The position numbers were made by a program, and so were the translations under genes. A stretch of 64,000 nucleotides of DNA from a plasmid. This document shows, piece by piece, positions 41,350-52,576 of the stretch (the stretch's first letter is position 1; the number at the start of each line of letters is the position of its first letter). The DNA lies in sequence record NZ_CP092205.1; one strand, given 5' to 3'. Under the pieces are notes generated by a model. The model saw only the letters and a program-made list of their open reading frames with translations, made no database searches and was not told the DNA's origin.

Positions 41350-42449
41350 TGATCGTAAATATAATTATTCTAATATTGCTATTTCATGCTGGAGCAATTT
41401 TATTGCTCAAGAGATATTATATGACAATTTTTAAAGCAATAAAATTTTCCCAGAATGGTATCGATTTATTTTCATTTATAGCCACTTCAAAATTCATTTA
41501 TGAAAATTTTGAAGTTTCAAAAAGAGTTAAAGACAAAGAACAGGGATATCAGAGATCTTTTTCAAGCACTCGCATTAAAGAGCTATCAAAACATATAACC
41601 AAAGATGCAAATATTATCCCGAATTCAATTTTGGTAAATATTGACTCTGGATTCTTAAATTATAACGAAAATAAAAATGAATTAGAACTTCCTGATTCAA
41701 CTTCTCTAGGATTAATTATTGATGGCCAACATCGGGTAAAAGGAGCATTTGAAGGTAATCAAGATTTTCTATTACCTGTGATTGCTACGGTAGGCCTAAG
41801 TACAAAAGAACAAGCCAAGCTTTTCGTCACAATAAATAAAACTCAAAAAGGAGTCCCTGTTTCATTATATTTAGACCTACTTAACCTAACTGAGGGTGAA
41901 ATAGAGAACTTCGATGACGAGTCAGTCCCTACCGAAAGAAGAGCTGCTGAAATTGCTAGGCGATTAAACGAAGACGAGGAAAGTCCATTGGTAGACCTAA
42001 TTCGTATGACAGGTGAACCGGGGAGAGGGATTGCTTTGAATGAATTTGTAAATAGGTCAAAATATTTACTCGATTCAAGAAAGGGAAAGTTAATTGATTT
42101 TGGATTTGAACAACAATATTTAATTTTCAAAGTTTATTTTCGAGCTTGGAAAGCTGTATTCATCGATCAGTGGAAAGATGAAAGCTCGCAAATTCTTAAA
42201 CAAACTTCTTTTAGTGGCTTATTATTAGCCCTATATGATATATTTCAACTAACGATGCAATACTATAAATTATTCAACACGGATAATTTAATAAAACTTT
42301 TGAACAATATCGCTGATTTTAAATTTTCATCCGACAACATTATTTCAGGTGGTATAAAAGCCCAAGAAAATGTAGCGACTACATTAATAAACAAATTAAA
42401 GAGCCAACTTCGCGAGACAAATAATAATATCAACCTAATCGAGGAATAA
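41349..42449 (+). CDS. DGQHR-motif (DndB-like, ParB-fold) protein (366 aa from TTG at 41349; 342 aa if ATG at 41421 is used)
   Basis: Exact signature LGLIIDGQHRVKGAF. Very AT-rich gene. The stop is followed 1 nt later by the next start. Confidence 0.6.
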   Translation: MIVNIIILILLFHAGAILLLKRYYMTIFKAIKFSQNGIDLFSFIATSKFIYENFEVSKRVKDKEQGYQRSFSSTRIKELSKHITKDANIIPNSILVNIDSGFLNYNENKNELELPDSTSLGLIIDGQHRVKGAFEGNQDFLLPVIATVGLSTKEQAKLFVTINKTQKGVPVSLYLDLLNLTEGEIENFDDESVPTERRAAEIARRLNEDEESPLVDLIRMTGEPGRGIALNEFVNRSKYLLDSRKGKLIDFGFEQQYLIFKVYFRAWKAVFIDQWKDESSQILKQTSFSGLLLALYDIFQLTMQYYKLFNTDNLIKLLNNIADFKFSSDNIISGGIKAQENVATTLINKLKSQLRETNNNINLIEE

Positions 42450-42450
42450 A

Positions 42451-43350
42451 ATGCAACTCTGGGAAATTGCATTAGCGTTCAATAAATGTACAGGCGACGA
42501 AATTAAGTCCTTCAAAAATTATTTTCATGATTTATATTTATCAAATAGCGAATTAGACAATGGGGTAGTAGTAAAAGGATCATATAATTTTATACTATCC
42601 GATGTCGAAAAATTAATCACGAAAATTATTTCTAATTTAATATCCTCCTTTCTTCTAAATAAAGAAGGCATGATAAGTTGGGGATATGTAACAGCCTATT
42701 ACGCCAACTATTTTTCGTTCCAAGCTCTCAACAGGCTTCATCTAAATTTTATTTCATATTCTGAGTCTCTATATTCTTGCACATTCATAAATTATATTAA
42801 TAATGAACTTTTGGTCAAAAAGTCTGATACAAGCAAAACACATATTAGAGAATATCAACTCTACGCCGAAAAAAGAAACAAAATGTCATTGGAATCGAGT
42901 CCTGATCGACTTTGGAGTATTGCCAATTCAAGATTTACTTTCGGAGACGAAGTTAACCTAAGAAATGAAATAAATTACTCAATTTCACAAGATAATTTTT
43001 CTGAATTTTTAATGACGAAAACCGAATTTGACCAATTAAAATCTCATTATAAGAATTCTCCATTCATAAAACCATTAGATCTTGATAAAGAATTTAGATA
43101 CTCATACGAATCCATGAAATATGGACTTAGCAGGTTACGTGTAATTATGTACATCCTAAATAAAATTGCGAATGAAAGCAATCTCTACTCAAGTTATTAT
43201 ATTCGAAGAAACAATCATAGACTAAGAAGCATTGAAGAAAACTTCAAGAACGAACTCCCAATGTGGATGGTTCAATACTTTAATGAAATTTTAATTTTTC
43301 TCGAAATGGATAAAGAGGAAAAGATCCTTCCCTCCGAAGTTAAAAACTGA
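42451..43350 (+). CDS. hypothetical protein (299 aa), translationally coupled partner of the DGQHR protein
   Basis: Start 1 nt after the upstream stop codon. Tyr/Asn/Ser-rich, no recognisable motif. Confidence 0.4.
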   Translation: MQLWEIALAFNKCTGDEIKSFKNYFHDLYLSNSELDNGVVVKGSYNFILSDVEKLITKIISNLISSFLLNKEGMISWGYVTAYYANYFSFQALNRLHLNFISYSESLYSCTFINYINNELLVKKSDTSKTHIREYQLYAEKRNKMSLESSPDRLWSIANSRFTFGDEVNLRNEINYSISQDNFSEFLMTKTEFDQLKSHYKNSPFIKPLDLDKEFRYSYESMKYGLSRLRVIMYILNKIANESNLYSSYYIRRNNHRLRSIEENFKNELPMWMVQYFNEILIFLEMDKEEKILPSEVKN

Positions 43351-43627
43351 TTCACTTTTCGATTTTCAAATACAAGTTTCTTTTTTAAAGTTGTTTGTCA
43401 CAGACTCAATCGGCAGGGCGAAGTTATGGCTATTTGTCCTTGAGAATTTTCTATTTAGCTCAAACTGCCGCCACTTGCAGATAGCGAAATAGGCTTCTCG
43501 ACGTTTGCGATCCTGAAGCGCTTCCGCGCGAAGTGACAAAGCAAATGTGCCAAAGGGCCAAGCGAGAGTCGCGGAACGATCTCGAAGCGCCGCGAGAAGC
43601 CGCGGTTAGGCGATGGAAGCGCATTTA

Positions 43628-44485
43628 TTAAGAAAGTTCCATGATAAACTTATAAATAGCACCCTCTTCTTCCAAAGCTCTAACTTTCTTAGCTAATAAT
43701 TCTTCAAATCGCATTTCTCTATCAATCATAATAAACAATTCCTCTACAGTCAGTAATATAAATCTAGATTGATTATTATTATATTTTTGGAAAATATATT
43801 CACTAAATCCTGAAAAACTGATAAATAAACCTCTAGTAAAATGTGACTTGGAAGTAATTTTATCTGTGAATATTCTTAAATCATCAACTCCTATTAAATC
43901 TCTTTTCCATTTTGCTTCTAAAAGATAAGTATCTTTATTAAAAATAAAGCTGCCATCAATTTGTTCACCCGTAATTTTATATGGAGTTCTTGGACTTAAA
44001 TTGAAAGAAGCAAATAAATAGTTTAGGTATCTTTCGAATTCATATCCGCGTTCATTAGGTTTTTCAATTAGAGTAACTTGGTATAATTTCTTTTTTAAAT
44101 CTGGAAAATTAACTTTAGCTTCTGGTTTTATTTTTTCTTCATTTGTATTTTTTTGTTTAAGATCATTTTTACCTAATAAGCGTCTTGCAATCCCTGCGCA
44201 GAAATTGAAATCATCTATCTCATTCGTATGAATTCCTAAAATTTCTTTTTGATATTTGAGAAGTTCATTTATTAACTTACCTGCAAATATATCTTCTTGC
44301 TCTCTCAGAAGTGATCGCAAAATATTAGCTTTAGAAAGATCAGGGTATAGTTTATATATGTCAATTTTTAAACAATCCAGTATAAACTCTTGAAAAGTCC
44401 TGTTCGTAAAATTTAATACATAACCCGAACTCATCCCGAATAAAATCTCTATCTTTTGCTTTTCAATAAAACTTAAGGATGCCAT
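43628..44485 (-). CDS. Mrr-like restriction endonuclease (PD-(D/E)xK) domain protein (285 aa)
   Basis: C-terminal RGYEFERYLNYLF...ITGEQIDGSFIFNKDTYLLEAKWKRD (Mrr_cat-like D...ExK arrangement). N-terminal about 150 aa unknown. Convergent with the DGQHR operon. Confidence 0.5.
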   Translation of the reverse strand: MASLSFIEKQKIEILFGMSSGYVLNFTNRTFQEFILDCLKIDIYKLYPDLSKANILRSLLREQEDIFAGKLINELLKYQKEILGIHTNEIDDFNFCAGIARRLLGKNDLKQKNTNEEKIKPEAKVNFPDLKKKLYQVTLIEKPNERGYEFERYLNYLFASFNLSPRTPYKITGEQIDGSFIFNKDTYLLEAKWKRDLIGVDDLRIFTDKITSKSHFTRGLFISFSGFSEYIFQKYNNNQSRFILLTVEELFIMIDREMRFEELLAKKVRALEEEGAIYKFIMELS

Positions 44486-44806
44486 TTTTAGACTTAAAAT
44501 TTTAAGAATAATTTTGATGAGTTAAGTTTGTTATAAGATTGCTTATTCAAGAATTCCATTTAATTTTGTGCTTCTGTCGCCTAACTATTAATCTACGCAC
44601 GTCTTATAAACACCTAAAAATAACTGAATATACGAATATCTTAAAACCCCGGAATCTATCAATCCCAAAAGTTTAGAAAATAGAGTTGTAACGCAGTTCA
44701 ACGAGACGGATGGATGATTCTCAAAAACTATTTGGAGTTGATTCTTATGTGATGCAACAGGCCACTTCCGATAATGTAGATTTGGTCTCATTAGTGAACA
44801 TTTGTT

Positions 44807-46166
<1,360 letters not shown>

Positions 46167-46168
46167 CT

Positions 46169-46300
46169 TCATAAACGTACCCATTCATCCTTTAGCGCAT
46201 CGGTAACACTCTATACCGGAAACATGAGTTACACTTTATTCGTTGTAGTTGTACACAGGTGTTTCGTATTTCAATACTTTTCCTGTAAATAAATCTTACA
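46169..46300 (-). mobile_element. remnant 3' end of a second, diverged IS481-like copy
   Basis: 26-bp tcataaacgtacccattcatccttta identical to 44807..44832. Minus-strand frame encodes ..DLFTGKVLKYETPVYNYNE*, matching the intact transposase C-terminus FTGKVLQYKNPMPIH*. Confidence 0.4.
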
Positions 46301-46710
46301 CAAACGCAATCGAATCTATGAATATGGGCCTGAGGAAAATTATCAAGAATCGAGATTCGTTGCCCAACGATAAAGCCGCAGTCAAATTTTTATTTGGCTT
46401 TGAATAATATGTCCAAAAAATGGGCTATGCCCATTCAAGATTGGGATGACGAGCGATCCTTAGAGCGAGTCGCTGAGTTCAAGCGATGAATCAGTTTTCG
46501 ATTCTTTTCGGAGAGTTACTGAGATTAGATTCGTTTTAAAGTATGTCATTTATACAATATTGCTGACACTTCAAAGATTGCGGGAACTCCTCTCACAATC
46601 TTTGAAAAAATCCGTCGCTATTTGCACTTATTTTTGTAATGAGCAAATTAAACGAAAGAACTTCGTCTACAAAGAATACGGGCAATACCTGCCACTCTAA
46701 TTACACGCGT

Positions 46711-46920
46711 CTATTTTTTACTTAGAATGTCTGAGTCTCGAAGATCTTGCTCCGTGAGGCCTGTGATTTCCAGGATAGTCTTTAGATCGATCCCTTTTTG
46801 AAGCATTTTACCGGCTGTTTCTAGTTTCCCTTTTTCAATACCCTTCTCGATACCCTGGCGCATCCCTTCAGAAATGAGCCTTTCCGCGGTTGTCATCGTC
46901 AATTCCTCATATTGTTCCAA
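46711..46920 (-). pseudogene. tandemly duplicated 3' fragment of the Rpn/YhgA-like gene (69-aa ORF)
   Basis: [60 protein letters not shown] aligns almost residue-for-residue with the C-terminus of 46933..47895. Confidence 0.45.
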
Positions 46921-46932
46921 TTTAGATCTGCT

Positions 46933-47895
46933 TTAGAGAAATCCATTTTCCTTGAGGGTCTTTTCGGTAAGGCCTGTGATTTCCAGGATAGTCTTTAGAT
47001 CGATCCCTTTCTTTAGCATCTTACCGGCATCTTCCAGTTTCCCTTTTTCAATACCTTTTTCAATGCCCTTCTCGATACCTTGCTCGATACCCTTCTCGAT
47101 ACCTTGTTGTATCCCTTCCGAAATGAGTCTTTCCGCGGTTGTCATCGTCAATTCCTCATATTGTTCCAATTTAGATCGTTGAAGGACTCCCTTCAATTCC
47201 GATGGCTTCAAATCTCGAACCCAGTAAATATACAATAACAGTTTCCGTAAGATTGCAACCCTTTTCGATTCTTCCTCGACTCCAAGTAATAGGGAAAATA
47301 ACCCCGGTAAGTGAGAAATGAGTTCCAAATCCCCTTCCCGGATTTTTTGAACCACTCCCAGAGTCACTTGAAACGTGATACTTTCCAACTTCTCCTTCAA
47401 TTCTATTCCTTTCAAATCGAACAAGTCGATCCTAAAATCCGGAATAAAGTCCTTGAGAATTTCCGTTTCTTGTTTCGTTAGAATGAATTGTTCCAAAAAT
47501 CGATCTCCCAATTTCCATTCCTTTTCTCCGTGATAGAATACGAACGGAATGACTACGGAAAGAGGCTCTCCATTCCTTTGTTGGTTTCGATAGATTTCTG
47601 TGAGATATCCGAGTAGTTGGATGTAGATGCTATTTTCTAAATAACTTTTGTGTTCGAAGAGTAAATACACGTTGGTCCGATTTCCGGACCTGAGCGGGAT
47701 TTGGAACAGTAGATCGGTTTGTTCTTGTTTTAATTCTTCGCTTACAAAACTCGATTCGGACAATTCTAAGTTTTCCAAGTCAAGTAGTTCTACCACTTCC
47801 CGCGGGAGTGTGTTTTTGAAGAAAGTGGCTGCCTCTTTTTTGTCTTGAAATGTTTCTCGGATCAATCGATCGTGCGGATTGTTCACTTCGGTCAT
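46933..47895 (-). CDS. Rpn/YhgA-like recombination-promoting nuclease / putative transposase (PD-(D/E)XK family), 320 aa
   Basis: N-terminal core with [10 protein letters not shown]-type segment. C-terminal [23 protein letters not shown] module characteristic of the Rpn (transposase_31) family. In-frame GIEK(Q)G tandem repeat. Confidence 0.55.
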   Translation of the reverse strand: MTEVNNPHDRLIRETFQDKKEAATFFKNTLPREVVELLDLENLELSESSFVSEELKQEQTDLLFQIPLRSGNRTNVYLLFEHKSYLENSIYIQLLGYLTEIYRNQQRNGEPLSVVIPFVFYHGEKEWKLGDRFLEQFILTKQETEILKDFIPDFRIDLFDLKGIELKEKLESITFQVTLGVVQKIREGDLELISHLPGLFSLLLGVEEESKRVAILRKLLLYIYWVRDLKPSELKGVLQRSKLEQYEELTMTTAERLISEGIQQGIEKGIEQGIEKGIEKGIEKGKLEDAGKMLKKGIDLKTILEITGLTEKTLKENGFL

Positions 47896-48143
47896 CCGAT
47901 ATCTTTGGGATATCGTTTGGGCAGGTCAATTGCATTTAGGAATGTGCTTCTTCTCGGATTTGGCTTTTTTTCCGGGACAACGAAATAATTTTCTCCCAAA
48001 GTTTTTTCGGAATTTCTGAATCATATTTGTTCATTTTATAAATATATTTTTACTCTTCAATAGTAGAAGCAGTTTTGAGATCGGCTTTAAAAATCACCAA
48101 AAAATAAAAGTAACAACTCTAGTGTTAAAATTCAAGATCCATT

Positions 48144-49034
48144 CTATCGGATACGTCGACTAAAAATACTAGCGACGATTTCCGCCCTTTTAGCTTTATC
48201 AATGGATGGATGTCTTATCGTAAAATCATAATGTGCATCCACAATGTTAAGCGTGACATTAGCTTTGGATGCGATAAGTTTCAACTGGTACCCGTGATTA
48301 TCTATGATTCGATACAAACCTAAGACGCCGAAAGAAAAAATTCGGCTTAAAAAAGGCAAAGGCGAACCTTCCATAACCAATTCTCGAATTTCGAAAGCGT
48401 CGTAATGCAAAATCGCGACTGACCACAGAATTGCAAAAATCAATAAACCGAAAGCAGAATAGGAACCTAAAAAAATAGATCGTAACGGTAAAACGTAGTT
48501 GAATACAAGAATGGTTAATAATGCGATCAAGATTCCTGAAAGCATCAAAAAAGAACGAATCCTTTTATCCCCTCGCTTTTTAATCATAGCATTACCTAAT
48601 TCCAGGGAACTTTTAATAACAGATAAAAAACCAAACATCATAAGCAAGTGGTAACTAAATAAAGGCGAGAACGAATAGTCTGACATATTATCGATCTTTG
48701 CATAACCACCGAAAAGAGAAATAAACGAGAAGGTAGGCAAAAGAATATATATTAAAATTGTTCTATAAAGATTTAGCTTAAATTTTTTACCGATGATTAA
48801 GCATACGACCAAGTCAAGGAAAAGTGAAATGAATGGAATCGGAAATAAAATCCAATTCGCAAATATTTCTCGAATTGCAATCGGCACTTGCATTCGCATA
48901 CCGAAGCCGATCATCCAGCCGGAAAGCATTAAACATAAGCCGAGGAAATATTTCTGAACTCTTGCACGCGGTGGTATGCGGAAAACATAAATTCCAAGGT
49001 ATAGAATAAAGAATCCGGCTACATAAGTTATCAT
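48144..49034 (-). CDS. polytopic integral membrane protein (296 aa, about 8 TM helices)
   Basis: Hydropathy by eye. No motif assigned. Confidence 0.4.
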   Translation of the reverse strand: MITYVAGFFILYLGIYVFRIPPRARVQKYFLGLCLMLSGWMIGFGMRMQVPIAIREIFANWILFPIPFISLFLDLVVCLIIGKKFKLNLYRTILIYILLPTFSFISLFGGYAKIDNMSDYSFSPLFSYHLLMMFGFLSVIKSSLELGNAMIKKRGDKRIRSFLMLSGILIALLTILVFNYVLPLRSIFLGSYSAFGLLIFAILWSVAILHYDAFEIRELVMEGSPLPFLSRIFSFGVLGLYRIIDNHGYQLKLIASKANVTLNIVDAHYDFTIRHPSIDKAKRAEIVASIFSRRIR

Positions 49035-49067
49035 TCAAAAATCCTAAAGGGCATACTTGCCACGCCA

Positions 49068-49697
49068 TTAGAATTCTTTTGACGCAATTTTCTGTAAAGT
49101 TTCTTTTTCTAATTCTATAATAGAACAAACACAAAGTTTGCCCTTCAAATATAATCCGGGATAGTATATTTTTTCATAAAATCTGTGGGATTCGTAGGCA
49201 CCGAATTTCTTATAAAATAATCCAACACTTTTAAGATTGATTGGATACATTCCATAAACGATTGAGAAATCTTTTTCGATACAAAATTTGGCGGCAGCTT
49301 TGAAAGTTTCTCTTGCCGCTCTCCAACCCTCTAAACTATGAACAAACGCTAAAGAATTCCAATCGGCGACATTCTCCTCTATTACGGCGTAACGCCGTAA
49401 TGGAACTTTTTCTTTTTCGTTGTAGATGACTGCATTCTCAATAGGGATAATGTTGTACGGCTTTTTTTCAATAATACGCATGACAGAAAGAATCTCGTTA
49501 TTTTTTTCAAAATAAAACCAGTAAGACCATTCATCGTAATTAAATGCACGCCAGGGAGTGTCGCTATACCCGGCATTTGCATATGAAACACGTAAGAATT
49601 CTTTGATTTTAGAAAGTTCCTCTCTCGATTCATAACCAGAAATCATTTTGATAGATTTATTTAAAATTAATATAGACATAATTTTATTATGTCTCAT
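49068..49697 (-). CDS. acyltransferase-like protein (209 aa), possibly N-acyl amino acid synthase / autoinducer-synthase-like GNAT fold
   Basis: Weak resemblance (FLRVSYANAGY..NYDEWSYWF) to the R..VF..GW...E.D.YD region of LuxI/FeeM-type enzymes. Tentative. Confidence 0.25.
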   Translation of the reverse strand: MRHNKIMSILILNKSIKMISGYESREELSKIKEFLRVSYANAGYSDTPWRAFNYDEWSYWFYFEKNNEILSVMRIIEKKPYNIIPIENAVIYNEKEKVPLRRYAVIEENVADWNSLAFVHSLEGWRAARETFKAAAKFCIEKDFSIVYGMYPINLKSVGLFYKKFGAYESHRFYEKIYYPGLYLKGKLCVCSIIELEKETLQKIASKEF

Positions 49698-49757
49698 TTA
49701 TATTTAAAATCAAGCAAAGGTTTCTTTTTTTTATAATATTCTAATTTTCCAATCAAT

Positions 49758-50168
49758 CTATTTGTTTAAGTTTAAAACTAAATTCAATATCAATTCGTAT
49801 TTATCGGATTTCGTCATTGAAAGGGCCTTTACGATTTTGAATAATTCAGCATTCTTTTTAATTTTGGTAAAAAATCGAATTTCATCATCGGTAAAATTTC
49901 CACCTCTTTTCTTATCTACAAACATATCCGCTTTACCATAGAAAACCCATTCCGCGGAAACATCTGTTACATATTCAAATGTTATCGCCATTGGCCAAGT
50001 CAAAGGAATTTTACGATTAGCAATTCTAGAAAGATTACTCGAAGCAATCTTCATGCGGCTTGCAATACTGTTTTGAGTTTCCCCAAAGTTTTTCTTTAAA
50101 TATTCGAGGGCATAAGTAAACCGCTCTGCTATTTCCTCGCTAATTATTTCAGTATTATCATGTTCCAT
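49758..50168 (-). CDS. XRE-family helix-turn-helix transcriptional regulator (136 aa)
   Basis: HTH-like segment QNSIASRMKIASSNLSRIANRK near the N-terminus. Confidence 0.35.
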   Translation of the reverse strand: MEHDNTEIISEEIAERFTYALEYLKKNFGETQNSIASRMKIASSNLSRIANRKIPLTWPMAITFEYVTDVSAEWVFYGKADMFVDKKRGGNFTDDEIRFFTKIKKNAELFKIVKALSMTKSDKYELILNLVLNLNK

Positions 50169-50265
50169 AATTTTGCACTATGCATTTTTTTATAATTGAC
50201 AAAATTGCTTGATGCAATATATAAAATGAATCATCCTAAAAACTAAACATTGTCCTGGTCTATAA

Positions 50266-51039
50266 ATGTCTGATTTAGATTTAGTAAAATCCGAAACCAA
50301 AAATCTATTCGAAAGCCCCGCCGTTTTCAATTCCGCTCGAAAAATTTGTAATAGGGTATTTTTTCTACCATTCTTTTTTAAATATTCTAAACAGATTCAA
50401 AACACTTTTGATTCTCGGTTACAAAATAATCTGCCAAAGAACATTCAAAATATCGACTTAGAACATATCGAATTCAAACTAAACTCGTTTCTCTTGAATA
50501 AAGACTATAACGACGAAGAGTTTCAAAAACCGGACTTTGCCGCTTTCCCTGGGTTATCAACACACCCAGCATCCCATCCTTCGGATAGAAAATTAAATAC
50601 CGGCTTCACGGATTTTTTGAATTTCAAAAGATTAGAGGAATCCAAACAACTGATTTCTATTTCTAAACTTCCGCATAATCTACTCAATATTGAGTTCGAA
50701 TGCGGTTTTAACTCTCTCGCCACTTTCTATCGATCTTGTAATAAATTTTACAATTGTTCTCCCAAGGAACTACATAAGTTTTTTTTAGATAATTTATCTG
50801 TTCTTAGGAAAAAAAACATATACGAAATAAGCGCAAGAAAATTAAAACTTTTTTCCTTAACTTACCGGATTCAAATTTTCTCCTTCCTATTACTCTGGTC
50901 AATTCTTAGATCAATTTTAAGAGTCAAACACTCATACAAATTTTATTCGTCAATAGTTAGTTACCACCTAAATCAACATAATCGAATTCGTTTCCATGAT
51001 TTTATAAATCAATGGCGCCCAAGTCCTTCCAATGTTTGA
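50266..51039 (+). CDS. AraC-type HTH domain protein, divergent paralog lacking the membrane domain (257 aa)
   Basis: [48 protein letters not shown] parallels the AraC HTH of the next gene. 8-nt overlap with it. Confidence 0.4.
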   Translation: MSDLDLVKSETKNLFESPAVFNSARKICNRVFFLPFFFKYSKQIQNTFDSRLQNNLPKNIQNIDLEHIEFKLNSFLLNKDYNDEEFQKPDFAAFPGLSTHPASHPSDRKLNTGFTDFLNFKRLEESKQLISISKLPHNLLNIEFECGFNSLATFYRSCNKFYNCSPKELHKFFLDNLSVLRKKNIYEISARKLKLFSLTYRIQIFSFLLLWSILRSILRVKHSYKFYSSIVSYHLNQHNRIRFHDFINQWRPSPSNV

Positions 51040-51940
51040 TATGAATACTTTCGGATTTTATTATGGTGTTTTTCTTTATTCCTGTGGGGCGACATTAGTC
51101 TGTTTTAATTTTATCTTAGGAAATTTAGACAACCCCTGGAATTATTATAAACGCCTTTTATGGATTATTCCAATTACGATTTTTTTTTCTTATTTTATTC
51201 CGAATTTTTATTTTGTATCCATTATTGATATTCTTGGTTTCGGAATTTCTTTATTTACTACCGTCTGGGCTTTTAGAAAATTATTAATAACTCAAAAGCC
51301 GTTTTCTTACTTCAACCTTCCTGTGATTTCCCTCTTCATTTCTATTTGTTTTGTTTTAGATTTTCTTGGCGCGATTTTCGATAATAAAGATTTCTTACTG
51401 ATTTCGGAATTGATTTCCGGTTTGGTGATCTGCTACACGGTTATTTTAGAACGGATATTTCCATTTTTGTTTTGTAAGGTGATCAGCTTAGATTTAGAGA
51501 ATCCAATTCCAGATCATTTGTCCGAAAGCAAGCATCCTTCGAAACACAATCTATTGGATGGCGTCGACTTAATCAAAGTCGAAATGAAACTGAATTCTTT
51601 TTTAGCGTCCAAAGGTTTTAAAGACGAGGAGCTTAGACTCCCCGATTTCGCGTCAGCCTTAGGTCTTTCCACTCATCAGGCCTCTCATTATTTGAACAAG
51701 TATCTGAGCATGAGTTATAATGATTTTTTAAATCATCACAGAATCAATGAGGCAATCAATATGCTCCGTACCCATTCTAAATTTAATCTTTTAGATATCG
51801 CTTTTGAATGTGGATTCAATTCTTCCTCGTCTTTTCATAGGGCTTGCATTAAATTCACGGGAAAATCCCCTTTTAAACTTAAGAGGTATATTCAGCTGAA
51901 TTCCGAATCGAATATAGAAGTAGATACTCAAAATACGTAA
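51032..51940 (+). CDS. membrane-anchored AraC-family transcriptional regulator (302 aa)
   Basis: Four to five N-terminal TM helices. C-terminal AraC HTH pair ([21 protein letters not shown] .. [25 protein letters not shown]). Confidence 0.5.
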   Translation: MFDMNTFGFYYGVFLYSCGATLVCFNFILGNLDNPWNYYKRLLWIIPITIFFSYFIPNFYFVSIIDILGFGISLFTTVWAFRKLLITQKPFSYFNLPVISLFISICFVLDFLGAIFDNKDFLLISELISGLVICYTVILERIFPFLFCKVISLDLENPIPDHLSESKHPSKHNLLDGVDLIKVEMKLNSFLASKGFKDEELRLPDFASALGLSTHQASHYLNKYLSMSYNDFLNHHRINEAINMLRTHSKFNLLDIAFECGFNSSSSFHRACIKFTGKSPFKLKRYIQLNSESNIEVDTQNT

Positions 51941-52576
51941 ATAACGTGAGTTTCGGCCTAAGAAAGTTTGGGCGAATCGCTCGCGACCGCGCTTTAACTC
52001 AATGTTGCTGCCTACGGTCGCAACATATAATTCGTTTTCGCATTTTGTTATACCGAATTCACGTTAATTTATACGAGACTCAGGTTACGAAAGTAATTAT
52101 CAAAGTTCGCCATAAACAGATGTTGAAGTAAATTGATTGAAATCAAATAATTCGGAAGACTTATTAGCACCTGGAATTCCTGTTGAAGTATCGACACGAT
52201 CAAATCCAGATGCTATAAAAATTTTCGATCCATTAACTAAATTAGCCGTATGTCCCGATCTCTTCGTTTGCATCTGTCCAGACCCTACAACTGTCATACT
52301 TCCTGTATCATATAACTCACAAGAAGAAAGAATAGGAGATCCCGTAAGAATTTGATTCCCCCCACATAATATAATTCTATTTGAGGCAGTAGAGACGGCA
52401 GTATGCCCTACCCTAAACTCACTTATATTTCCTACCGAAGAAAATGTATTCAAACCTGAATCATATAATTCCACTACTTTCGTATTCGATACGAAAGGCG
52501 GAGTTGTTACTTTATAAGTAACCACCCAACTAACCACACCTTCCGCTAATTTCAAAAATCTGTTAAAATCCTTTTA

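Noticed and set aside
43380-43625. Checked whether the GC-rich intergenic block is a tRNA or tmRNA.
   Set aside because: No T-loop GGTTCGANTCC-like sequence and no cloverleaf-compatible pairing by eye. Retained only as a low-interest oddity.
46960-47110. Short regularly spaced 12-nt repeats looked like a possible tiny CRISPR-like array.
   Set aside because: They lie in-frame inside the Rpn-like gene and encode a GIEK(Q)G peptide repeat. There are no spacers and no cas genes. No CRISPR array is seen anywhere in the window.
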